Below, in pieces: positions 50,579 to 59,808 of a DNA stretch of 64,000 bases. Origin of the DNA: Candidatus Bathyarchaeota archaeon (GTDB lineage: Archaea; Thermoproteota; CALKCG01; B24; DRYS01); the NCBI GenBank assembly GCA_018396535.1, contig JAGTQC010000001.1, positions 160,001 through 224,000 on the forward strand, in the 5' to 3' direction. The notes below the pieces were generated by a model, which worked only from the letters and a program-made list of their open reading frames with translations, was not told the DNA's origin and searched no databases. Position numbers and translations under genes: made by a program. Positions within the stretch are counted from its first letter, which is position 1, and each line of letters begins with the position of its first letter.

Positions 50579-51589
50579 CTAAACGTATCGGAGATTGTCG
50601 ATAGCTATGCGTGGGCATAGAGGATCCACCTCGTCGAGTAGACCTGTCGTAGCGTATGCTCTAGCAATGCATCCACCGCGGCAGCGGCTAGATATACTAC
50701 AATCTCTACATCGATCAGGTATCCTCTTAGAGATCTTCTTAACTAGCGGATGCGATATATACTCACTCCACGCTTTAACAACACCTATACTAACATCAGA
50801 TACCCCTATCCTTAATGTATCGCATATAGGGATAGATCCATCTGGTAGGATATCCATAGATGATGCTATCGTACATGCACCTATACGGAAGTATCTACCT
50901 GAACCTATCCTCATAGCGAATGGCGTACACCATATCGAGGTATGGAAGCCTAGAGAGTATGCTTTATCACGTAGGGATGTTAGAGCTGAGAATAGCCTAC
51001 CTGGATCTGGTAGTAGCGAATATACTCTACTCGCTCGTCCTACAGGGATTATAGGTATGAACGCAGCATACCTAGAACCTAGATTACAGGAGAATTCCAG
51101 TATCGATGGAAGCTTATCTACATTAACATCGCTGATAGTTGTTACGGTAGCAAATTCTAAACCCATATCGTAGGCTATCTTCAACCCTCTAACTACAGCA
51201 TCCCAGCTTCCGATACCTCTATAAGCTTCATGTACTAGTTTATCAGCGCCATCAAGACTCGTAAATAGGAATATACCTAGATCGCTGAATAGCTTTGCAT
51301 AACCTACATCGAATAGCTTCATATTAGATTGAATAGAAACCTCAAGCCCCCCATCCCTTAGTATTTTCAAAACATCCCTTAGTGGAGGCCATAGTAGAGG
51401 TTCACCACCAGTTATCCCTACAGATCTAGATGCTAACTCTACTAATCCTTCAGCAGTCTTGATAGCTTCTTCATGATCGAACTCCCCTCTTAGATCACTA
51501 GTATAGCAGTAGCTACAATGTATATTACAACGTGAGGTTACTAACCATATAACGAAGCTGGGTGTAGATGCCATATAAGATCCCTCCAT
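50579..51589 (-). CDS. Radical SAM/SPASM-domain protein
   Basis: CNIHCSYC, TGGEPL, SLDG and SPASM C...G---IC...CRDC-----CRGGC...DPLC. Confidence 0.9.
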   Translation of the reverse strand: MEGSYMASTPSFVIWLVTSRCNIHCSYCYTSDLRGEFDHEEAIKTAEGLVELASRSVGITGGEPLLWPPLRDVLKILRDGGLEVSIQSNMKLFDVGYAKLFSDLGIFLFTSLDGADKLVHEAYRGIGSWDAVVRGLKIAYDMGLEFATVTTISDVNVDKLPSILEFSCNLGSRYAAFIPIIPVGRASRVYSLLPDPGRLFSALTSLRDKAYSLGFHTSIWCTPFAMRIGSGRYFRIGACTIASSMDILPDGSIPICDTLRIGVSDVSIGVVKAWSEYISHPLVKKISKRIPDRCRDCSISSRCRGGCIARAYATTGLLDEVDPLCPRIAIDNLRYV

Positions 51590-51763
51590 AATCGATGTTA
51601 AACGATACGTGAATCCATCGATAACTACTCTATTATAGACTCTATACTATTGATAGGGTAAGTAGTAGATAATCTTTTTGCATGGAAGAGTATAGTCTTG
51701 GTAGGGTTTCGCTAAGCATGGATTAGAAAGATTTGGAGAATCTCTACGATACCATCTATAGTA

Positions 51764-51804
51764 TAGGAGGTGGTTTCAATATAGGGTATTAGAAAAACCT
51801 CCTA
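51764..51804. other. Intergenic imperfect inverted repeat (stem-loop)
   Basis: TAGGAGGT-ggTTTC-AATA-taggg-TATT-aGAAAa-ACCTCCTA, just downstream of the minus-strand esterase stop. Confidence 0.55.
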
Positions 51805-51830
51805 ACCATTATATAGCTACCTAGTATCCG

Positions 51831-53783
51831 CTAAGCTTCCCAGCTCCATTGCGATAGGTTTTTGATATGCGTTACCATACCCGGCGGCCCTATCTTAGCA
51901 TAAACCTCCTCAGCCCAGCTGTACTCCTTAGGCCTAGGTCCTAGGAATACTAGGTGTTTAGGCCATAGAGATCCAGCTATATACGGTAGATCCGTATACC
52001 TTAATACGTTTAGTATCTCTATCGATAAGCCGCTTCCATCAGGGTTTGATCGAGCTAGATGCGTCGAAGGGGGATCGTGTAGTATAACCGCTGATACATC
52101 ATCCCTAAGCAGAGCTGTGTATAAGGCTATTACAGCCATCTCTCCGCTACCCATAACAGCTATCCTACCCCTATCTATCCAATCGAATATAGATAGCAGA
52201 GCTTCTATAGATCTAATAGCATCGTATATCCTCATACTAGCTATAGTTCTACCTGTAAGCATAGCTGCTCTCCTAATAAACCATTGTAGATCTTGAGCCC
52301 AGGATGTCTCACCCACCCCTCTAACCTCTACGATAGCTCTAGCCCATAGAGGGTTTAACCCATCCAATAGCTTATCACCGAAGTATAGATTCCTAGAATT
52401 CATAGCTAGGAATACTAGAAGCGGTATAGATTCTCTAGATTCGATAGGTCTAACAACATGGATATGCATCCTCCAAGGCTCCTCAGATGTATACCCGATC
52501 CTATAGCCTATCCGCTGCCTATCCTCCTGTATAAGCTCGATCTCAACCTTTAGATCGCATGGATCCTTCGGGAAGGATCCGAAGGATTTCTCTAGTAGAA
52601 TATCTCTAAGCCTCTCCCTATACCTACGTAGATCATCTATATCCTCGATCCTAGGAGATTCGAATCCTCTGATAAACCATTCATAGACTGTGTAGACCCT
52701 CTCATCTCTTGGGAAACTCTTCTCGAATACCTTTAGACTACTGTAGGATTCCTGAATCTCTGATCTCTCATCTACATCCTCAACCTCATCCATAGGTATA
52801 TCTAATCCTTTAAGATGTTTAATAAACCATCTAAATATCATACGTCTAGATATCTCATGGTATGCGTGACCACCAGGTGTTTCTACGAGTAGTATATTAT
52901 CAGGTGATCCGAGTAGGGTATATAACTTCTTAAGCTTACTATAGATCAACCTAACAGATTCTATATCGAATATCCAATCCCTCCTACCTGAAGCTATTAG
53001 AAGCGGTCTAGGAGCTATCAAAGCTCCTATATCTGTTAGATCCCATCTATAGCTGTTTATCCAGAACATACAATCGCAATGACCTTCTAATGTACGTTTA
53101 ACTATATGAGATGCTATAGTAGCAGTACCGCAGACAGGTGCAGCCGCTTTAATCCTATCATCGATAGCTGATGTAAACCAGCTTATAGCTCCACCACCAG
53201 AGATACCTGTTACACCTATACGATACGGATCGATATAATCCTTCGATTGTAGTAGATCTACAGCTCTTATAGCATTCCATACCTCAACCCCGGCTGGGGT
53301 ATAGCCTAAGCTATACCAGTAGAAGAATCCGTAATGGTACACTCCATGATGTATACCCGGAATCTCACCCTTCTGTACAGTTTCCAGTAGCAGAGTTACG
53401 AATCCTAGCTGAGCGAATCTACGAGCATGAGCTTGGTAATGGTATAGTTGATCTAGAGAATGGCCACATAGGTATAGGATAGCTGGATATGGAGGATTAC
53501 ACCTCTTCGGTATATATAGGTTCCCAGCAACATATAGTTTAGGTAGGCTTTCGAAGTATATCTTCTCCACTCTATAATCTAAGCGATCTAGTATACCTGT
53601 AACCCTAGCATACGGTGGATCACGATCCACGTTATCTAGATATCTATCTAAGCCTAGCATCTCTGCGAAGATCCTACGCCTAGAATCCCTACTCTCTATC
53701 CACCAGTTTGCATATTTAAGATCTGATAGAGAATCCTCTGTTATCCTCTCAGCTTCCCTACATAGATACGCGAATATATTCAT
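51831..53783 (-). CDS. Two-domain alpha/beta hydrolase (acetylxylan esterase-like carbohydrate esterase)
   Basis: F-S-P--YV-GNLY-P, CGH, GISGGG nucleophile, IAPRPLL and GH; degenerate second hydrolase domain. Confidence 0.82.
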   Translation of the reverse strand: MNIFAYLCREAERITEDSLSDLKYANWWIESRDSRRRIFAEMLGLDRYLDNVDRDPPYARVTGILDRLDYRVEKIYFESLPKLYVAGNLYIPKRCNPPYPAILYLCGHSLDQLYHYQAHARRFAQLGFVTLLLETVQKGEIPGIHHGVYHYGFFYWYSLGYTPAGVEVWNAIRAVDLLQSKDYIDPYRIGVTGISGGGAISWFTSAIDDRIKAAAPVCGTATIASHIVKRTLEGHCDCMFWINSYRWDLTDIGALIAPRPLLIASGRRDWIFDIESVRLIYSKLKKLYTLLGSPDNILLVETPGGHAYHEISRRMIFRWFIKHLKGLDIPMDEVEDVDERSEIQESYSSLKVFEKSFPRDERVYTVYEWFIRGFESPRIEDIDDLRRYRERLRDILLEKSFGSFPKDPCDLKVEIELIQEDRQRIGYRIGYTSEEPWRMHIHVVRPIESRESIPLLVFLAMNSRNLYFGDKLLDGLNPLWARAIVEVRGVGETSWAQDLQWFIRRAAMLTGRTIASMRIYDAIRSIEALLSIFDWIDRGRIAVMGSGEMAVIALYTALLRDDVSAVILHDPPSTHLARSNPDGSGLSIEILNVLRYTDLPYIAGSLWPKHLVFLGPRPKEYSWAEEVYAKIGPPGMVTHIKNLSQWSWEA

Positions 53784-53809
53784 ACCCTACCAACCTAGCT
53801 ATGGATATA

Positions 53810-55087
53810 TCAACGCTCATATCCTATAACAAGTATATCACTATTGAAATCCGTCATCTTAATGATAGCCTCATCCCCTTTAACCTCAACCCTAGGTTTA
53901 AATATCCTCCTACCTTCAAGTTCTATACCCTCCCATCTATAAGCTGCCCCATCTATCCTCAACCCTACGCTACAATTATACGGTGTATAGACTACTATCT
54001 TACCCCTACCTATCGAAACCCTTATTTCATCAGTCCTATTTACCAATCTATCGTTCGCAGGTTCTATATCGAATAGATCGTATCTTTCGAATACCCATCT
54101 AGCGAAGGCAGCGTCGAAGGCTCCTGGAAATTTCAACGCTACGATCCAATGATATGGCTGACCGTATACATCGCTATACCTATACACCCCACCCTTATAC
54201 CACAGCCATACACCATGTGCCCCGTATGCTATACCTGCTTTAGCCCCTGATAGAATGCTCTGCCATATAGCTCTCCTCACATCTATATAGGTAAACCTAC
54301 CATATCTATCGTACATCCTTATAGATCCTATACCCTCATAGCATGGCTCCCCGTTAACTATAGGCTTCTTTACAGGTATATTATAGAATCTCTGAGCAAG
54401 CTCGTAAGCTAGATGCTGCCTATCCCTTCTATGACCAGACTGATACATGTAGAAATCGTAGTTAGGCGATTTCAATATTCTATCAGGTATATCGTATAAA
54501 CCCCCGGATAGATGCATAGTTGTTAGAGAGTTTGGAGCCTCCCTCTTAACCACATCCATAGCCCTCGTATAATACTCTATAGATTCCTCTGTTTCGAAAT
54601 TCGTATCACCACTCACGATGAATATAGGATTATATTTACCAAACCTCTCAGCTATATAACATACGTAATCCTCGACCTTCTCCACCGGTATAATCCTACT
54701 CGGATCTATCCTAGAACCCCAGGTACCCCTAACATAGTTACACCATAAGACTACGAGAGCAGGTATGAAACCCATATCCACAGCTATCTCTATCATCTTC
54801 TCAGCTCTATCGAAGTATGCCTCATTCCTCTTATCGAAATCCCATCCCCCACCGGGTGTAGGCTGAAATGGATCCATATAGTTCTCAGAATAGCTTCTAT
54901 CCCATTGCGGTAGGATGTTGATCTGTATAGCATTGAAGCCTTGCATAAACCTATACTCTAGATAATACCTCCACTCATCGTAGCTCGGGTTTGTGAAAGC
55001 ACTCCAGCATGTATCTGCTAAGTAGAAGAATCTCTCTCCATCCGTAAGGAAGTAATCCCTAGTACTAGAGATGTATAGTCTAGGCAT
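53810..55087 (-). CDS. DUF4038 / GH140 apiosidase-like glycoside hydrolase
   Basis: FFYLADT-W, GFN-IQ, MYQSGH, NGEPCYEG and G-AYGAHG-W. Confidence 0.85.
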   Translation of the reverse strand: MPRLYISSTRDYFLTDGERFFYLADTCWSAFTNPSYDEWRYYLEYRFMQGFNAIQINILPQWDRSYSENYMDPFQPTPGGGWDFDKRNEAYFDRAEKMIEIAVDMGFIPALVVLWCNYVRGTWGSRIDPSRIIPVEKVEDYVCYIAERFGKYNPIFIVSGDTNFETEESIEYYTRAMDVVKREAPNSLTTMHLSGGLYDIPDRILKSPNYDFYMYQSGHRRDRQHLAYELAQRFYNIPVKKPIVNGEPCYEGIGSIRMYDRYGRFTYIDVRRAIWQSILSGAKAGIAYGAHGVWLWYKGGVYRYSDVYGQPYHWIVALKFPGAFDAAFARWVFERYDLFDIEPANDRLVNRTDEIRVSIGRGKIVVYTPYNCSVGLRIDGAAYRWEGIELEGRRIFKPRVEVKGDEAIIKMTDFNSDILVIGYER

Positions 55088-55105
55088 AAACTCGATACCC
55101 CCATG

Positions 55106-56746
55106 CTAGGTATACCTATGAACCTTTATCATACGAATCTTAGGCTTATCTTCGAAGTATACCCATGATCCATGCCCTGTTTCATCACCGTTAAGCCTCC
55201 TATCCCTAACCCACTTCCCATCCCTAAATACACCTTCATCAACCCATAGAATCTCTACGTTAGATGAGAAACCATCTAGGGGGAGGAATCTTAGTAGGAA
55301 GTTAACACCTACAGCTATATATGTATCGTCATCGATAGCTATTATCAAACCTGCGGGTGGCGTTCTAGCTTCGTATGGGAGTCCAGGCCATACCATCCTA
55401 GCCTTCTCCACTAACTCCTTCGCGAAGCTTATCTGCAGCTGGTAGTCTCCAAGCCTATATATAAAACCTCTTACACGTACTCTAATCCTCCATATAGATA
55501 ATGTATGAGTATAACCGTAGGATCCATCATCTACGAACCCGATTATCCTACCAGTACCCTGATACCTAGCTATCAACGGTATCATACCTAAGAGTAACCT
55601 ATAGCTATCTGCTAAGGGGTGCTTCTCAGGCTCGGCTATATCATCTATACCGAATGGTGAAAAACCTATACCATTATACCGGCCTAGAGCATGGAATACA
55701 TACGATGCACTTCTCTCATCCCTCACAGTCTCGGGTATAAGTAGAGGATTATCGAGTCTAGCATACTCATCGCATACAGAGCTGAAATCCTCCCTATAGA
55801 TATCCGGTGCTATCAAATCTATATTTGGAGCTGCTACACGCCAAACCTCTAGCATACGTGATATAGGACCGCCGCTTGGGTAATCTCCAGGTCTACCATC
55901 CTCATACATGTAAGCGCTAGGTCCGAGCCATGCATTCACATACATAGGTATAGGATACTCAGATTTACCCGCCGCGGCTACGCTATCTACGTAGCGTGCG
56001 AAATACCAAGCCATGAAAACTTCGTCAGCACCTGAACCGAATACTTCCCTCCATACACCTGAAGTCCTTCCCCCCTCCCTCTTCCATATACATCTCAGGT
56101 ATGGGTTAAGCTTCTCTTCGTTAGCTCTAAGATACTCTATCAACTCCTCTGGTACAGGTTGGTTGAAGTATTCCTCAGCTAACGGATTATAGTCTCTAGA
56201 TGATCCTAGGATGCCTACCTCATTCTCTACCTGCACCATTATAACGGTATGTTTCCCACCATCAACCTCGCGTATATGTCTCATTAACGTTTTAAACGCA
56301 CGTGAATCAGCTTCTAGAGCATTCCTACTGAAGCATGTGATAGAATCTAAACCCCTACCCATAGAGTCTTGAGCACGTGGAAATCTTCTAAAATCGGTTT
56401 TCACCCATTCAGGGGTGTAAGATGAGATTGCGTTCTTCCATGTACCAAACCATAGGAAGATAACCTTTAAACCATACCTACGAGCCCTATCTATAAGCCC
56501 ATCTACAAGGTGGAAATCGAACCACCCCTCCTCAGGTTCTATAAGCTCCCATGTAACCGGTAGTAGAACTGTATTCAATCCGAGGGATACTAGACGGGGC
56601 CATACCGGCTCCATATACTCTAAGCTAGATGAGGATGAATTATGCACCTCTCCACCAAGGATTATAAACGGCTTCCCATCGACCATCAGCTGCTTTGCTC
56701 CATCAAATCTACGGAGGTGAGGTATACCTTCATCCAGATTCGTCAT
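55106..56746 (-). CDS. GH35-type beta-galactosidase with DUF5597 domain
   Basis: GGEVHNSSSS, LWFGTWKN, MVQVENE, YPSGGP, APDIY, IPE and RRLNGDE. Confidence 0.88.
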   Translation of the reverse strand: MTNLDEGIPHLRRFDGAKQLMVDGKPFIILGGEVHNSSSSSLEYMEPVWPRLVSLGLNTVLLPVTWELIEPEEGWFDFHLVDGLIDRARRYGLKVIFLWFGTWKNAISSYTPEWVKTDFRRFPRAQDSMGRGLDSITCFSRNALEADSRAFKTLMRHIREVDGGKHTVIMVQVENEVGILGSSRDYNPLAEEYFNQPVPEELIEYLRANEEKLNPYLRCIWKREGGRTSGVWREVFGSGADEVFMAWYFARYVDSVAAAGKSEYPIPMYVNAWLGPSAYMYEDGRPGDYPSGGPISRMLEVWRVAAPNIDLIAPDIYREDFSSVCDEYARLDNPLLIPETVRDERSASYVFHALGRYNGIGFSPFGIDDIAEPEKHPLADSYRLLLGMIPLIARYQGTGRIIGFVDDGSYGYTHTLSIWRIRVRVRGFIYRLGDYQLQISFAKELVEKARMVWPGLPYEARTPPAGLIIAIDDDTYIAVGVNFLLRFLPLDGFSSNVEILWVDEGVFRDGKWVRDRRLNGDETGHGSWVYFEDKPKIRMIKVHRYT

Positions 56747-56904
56747 GGATCAACCTACCTGAAGCTTTCATTCGATAGTATACCGATATAAGAGTTATCA
56801 TGACCGCATAGAGATCTAAGCTTATAACATAGCATCAAGCTACCGCCATTACGATAAGCTATGAGATATAGGATTCAATCTACCGTAAATCCTGATCATA
56901 ATCT

Positions 56905-56920
56905 CGAAAAACTTAAATAT
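56905..56920 (+). promoter_or_regulatory. Archaeal BRE/TATA promoter upstream of the riboswitch
   Basis: CGAAAAA followed by CTTAAATA about 25 nt before the riboswitch 5' end. Confidence 0.65.
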
Positions 56921-56943
56921 AGGGGCTGCTAACCCTCTCCACT

Positions 56944-57027
56944 GGGCGATGGGGCCCGCCTTTAACCGCCTAGGCTACCGCTCCTAGGCTGATGGCTCCT
57001 ACTCTCTATACACGGCGGTTAGAGGTG
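56944..57027 (+). ncRNA. Fluoride riboswitch (crcB motif) with translational expression platform
   Basis: GGCGATGGGGCCCGCC-TTTAACC-GCCTAGG..CCTAGGC-TGATGGCTCCTAC matches the crcB consensus (P1 GGCG/CGCC, pseudoknot GGGGCC/GGCTCC); downstream GGCGGTTAGAGG pairs with CCTTTAACCGCC and overlaps the GAGGTG SD. Confidence 0.93.
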
Positions 57028-57035
57028 TAGTCTGT

Positions 57036-57908
57036 TTGAGGGTATTATCGATCTCGTTGGATCTGGCTAGAAGCTTTATCGATATAGATGCTATACTAGG
57101 CTATATACTCGAACGTCAGAATGATGATGGAGGCTATACATTCTGTAGAGGTACAGATTCTAGTGCTGAAGATACATTCTACGCTATAGAAACACTTAGG
57201 ATCTTAGGAGTTAAGCCTAGGAATATCGATAAGACTATAAGCTTCCTGAAGAATCTCCAGCATAGCGATGGAGGTTTCGATTCTATTAAGATAGCGTACT
57301 ATGTCGTTAAATCTCTATCTATCCTAGGCTCTAATCTACCGAGATCTACATATCGTTTAATAGATGAGGTTAAGGATATTATCTCCAGCTTGGGGGAGCT
57401 ATCTGAAGTATACGTCGAGATAACATCCGAGTTAGAGTATCTACACCTAGCTGTAGAGTTATCTAGTATGCTTGGGATAGGGGTTGATCGAGATAATCTT
57501 ATAGATGGTGTTTTAAAGTTTAAAAATAGCGATGGGAGTTTTGGTAGCGTTAAACTTTCTAGGATAGCATCTACATCGTATGCCCTAGATATCCTTAGGA
57601 TAGCAGGCTATAGGATTGATACTCTCGCAGATACTCTGTTATGGGTTAGAAGATGCGAATCACCCTATGGAGGGTTTGGGTATGAACCTGGAGCTAAGCC
57701 TATAAACCTAGAGGATACATACTTCGGGTTGAAAATCCTGGAAGCTTTAGGCGAGAAGCCTAGATACCCGATCGAAACTCTAAGATTCATAGCTAAGCTT
57801 CAGAATATTAACGGAGGGTTCCGTAGATCTATATTCCTAGGTATATCAGATCTAGAATCTACGTATAGAGCTGTATACTCGGCTGCGGTTACATTCCCAT
57901 ACCTCTAG
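57036..57908 (+). CDS. Prenyltransferase/squalene-oxidase (PFTB) repeat protein
   Basis: Repeated Q-N-DGG(Y/F) motifs followed by T(F/Y)YA helices (QNDDGGY, QHSDGGF, KNSDGSF, ESPYGGF, QNINGGF). Confidence 0.85.
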   Translation: MRVLSISLDLARSFIDIDAILGYILERQNDDGGYTFCRGTDSSAEDTFYAIETLRILGVKPRNIDKTISFLKNLQHSDGGFDSIKIAYYVVKSLSILGSNLPRSTYRLIDEVKDIISSLGELSEVYVEITSELEYLHLAVELSSMLGIGVDRDNLIDGVLKFKNSDGSFGSVKLSRIASTSYALDILRIAGYRIDTLADTLLWVRRCESPYGGFGYEPGAKPINLEDTYFGLKILEALGEKPRYPIETLRFIAKLQNINGGFRRSIFLGISDLESTYRAVYSAAVTFPYL

Positions 57909-57923
57909 GTGGAGACTAGATAA

Positions 57924-58583
57924 TTGTCCCATCGTATAATACCGGATCCCGTTATGAAGGTTATAGTAAACGGTCTACTAGATTCATCTTGGGGTATGTT
58001 TCGTAGGAGTACGATAGTAAGGCTGACGGTCGATGGAGATCAGGTTAAGATAGGTATAGGTGAGGGGTGCATCCATGGATGGGAGGTTGATATTATTAGA
58101 TCAAACCCTTTGAAGAGTAGATGGATGGAGATAGATCCACCAGAGCTAACGATAGTTAAAGGTATAAAGTATATTCCTGAAAGGATGGGATCAGGTATGC
58201 CTAGAGGTTTACTACCTATCTACGATACATACGTATACATATTCGTCAGCAGCAGTAATCGGATGATCTACCCAGCTTATAGATGCTTCGATATAAACCT
58301 CGGTGAGAGAAGGGTTATATCGATTATAAGTCCTAAAACATTGATTAAAGATATCGTAGAGACGATACACCCAATCTTCCCAAAGGAGAGGTATAGGAGG
58401 CGGGTGAATAACGTAGAGGTATCTACTGAATCTCTTAAAGAATTCTTCGAAGAAGGCTACGGCGTCGGGGTTCTAAAAGAGAATCCTATTAAAGCTAAAG
58501 GTAAGGTAAATGCTTTAACCCTATTTGGATCATATGATGTAAGATATATAATCGAGAACGTGAAGCTTAGAAGATTGAGTTGA
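57924..58583 (+). CDS. Hypothetical protein, probably co-transcribed with the riboswitch-controlled gene
   Basis: 219-aa ORF 15 nt after the previous stop with GGTGGAG SD; no motif recognised. Confidence 0.65.
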   Translation: MSHRIIPDPVMKVIVNGLLDSSWGMFRRSTIVRLTVDGDQVKIGIGEGCIHGWEVDIIRSNPLKSRWMEIDPPELTIVKGIKYIPERMGSGMPRGLLPIYDTYVYIFVSSSNRMIYPAYRCFDINLGERRVISIISPKTLIKDIVETIHPIFPKERYRRRVNNVEVSTESLKEFFEEGYGVGVLKENPIKAKGKVNALTLFGSYDVRYIIENVKLRRLS

Positions 58584-58596
58584 AGTTTTCGAGTAT

Positions 58597-59727
58597 CTAC
58601 CGATAAGCTCTTATAGGATAAACTCCTATCTTCTTCGCATATTCTACCTCACACCTAAGGTTTTCGGGAGGTATACCTGCATAGGTCTCTCCACCATTAT
58701 CGAATATATATCCTCCAACCGGAGCTGCCGTATATATGCATCTCTCAACCTCCTTCTTAATCGCTTCGATATCACCATTAACTAGAACCCTCCAGTTTGC
58801 ATTACCATTGAATACCACCCTACCTTTAAAAGCTTCAGCTAGTATACCGAGATCATTCTCTACACCTACATCTACGGAATCCACCTTATAGATATCGGTT
58901 ATTATATCTGTTATATGATCCATATGGGAGTCCATATGTAATCCTCTATGCCTTCTACCATACCTCTCATACAACCTTAGGTTGTATGGTAGAGTAAACT
59001 TCTCATACATCCTACGACTTAGATAACCTGAATGATCGTCTGAAAGACTTATAGAATCCATATCCCCACCGATCCTCTCATAACGATACCTCTGTAATAC
59101 GTTATACGTCTCCTCAAGTTTCCTTAGAAGTTTATGCATTTCATCAGGATACCTATACAGCCATGTATAGAGTCTCTGAGGGCCTAGTAGAGATCCAGCT
59201 GCCGATACTGGTGGATGAATCTGTAATCCACCCTTACCTACAGGTATATCACCATACTCACTCCTAACAAATCTTTCAAACTCCTCAAGCCTACTATAAT
59301 ATGCTTGAATACCTGGATGATCATAAGGATCAGGTACCTCGAGTTTATCGATATCCTCGAGATCCCTTACACATGGGATTATCCATGGACTCCTCCAAGG
59401 ATAACTCTCATCAGGCATAGCTATACTACAACCGAAAACAATACCTTCAGCTATCGAACCTATATCTAGATGAACACCTACACCAGCTACATCATCCTGA
59501 AGCCATTCGAACCGCCATTTCAAACCCATAATCTGAACATCAACCATAACTCTGAAACTAGAATAGTACTCCATCAAAGTATAGCCGAAAAGCCAAGCAT
59601 AATAGGGGCCGCCGACACCTATAACCACAGGAACTCTATCAGGCTCCTCAAACCTATAGACAGCTTCTATCCTCTCACGATTCCTCTCAGCAATCCTAGA
59701 ATACTTTGAGTAATCGAATACTACCAT
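58597..59727 (-). CDS. Uroporphyrinogen decarboxylase / MtaA-CmuA methyltransferase superfamily protein
   Basis: EPDRVPV N-terminus, S--MYEKF-LPY, GN, GGYI and PPEN C-terminus. Confidence 0.8.
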   Translation of the reverse strand: MVVFDYSKYSRIAERNRERIEAVYRFEEPDRVPVVIGVGGPYYAWLFGYTLMEYYSSFRVMVDVQIMGLKWRFEWLQDDVAGVGVHLDIGSIAEGIVFGCSIAMPDESYPWRSPWIIPCVRDLEDIDKLEVPDPYDHPGIQAYYSRLEEFERFVRSEYGDIPVGKGGLQIHPPVSAAGSLLGPQRLYTWLYRYPDEMHKLLRKLEETYNVLQRYRYERIGGDMDSISLSDDHSGYLSRRMYEKFTLPYNLRLYERYGRRHRGLHMDSHMDHITDIITDIYKVDSVDVGVENDLGILAEAFKGRVVFNGNANWRVLVNGDIEAIKKEVERCIYTAAPVGGYIFDNGGETYAGIPPENLRCEVEYAKKIGVYPIRAYR

Positions 59728-59808
59728 AAATCATCCCTCTAAAACCTGTAGAATAATCGTTTATATAAATCTTAATCAAACAAATAAAAATGAAGGTTAA
59801 GTTTTATG

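Noticed and set aside
58700-58730. PVGG sequence in the URO-D-family protein
   Set aside because: Part of the family's GGYI strand; no signal peptide or following TM, so not a sorting tail
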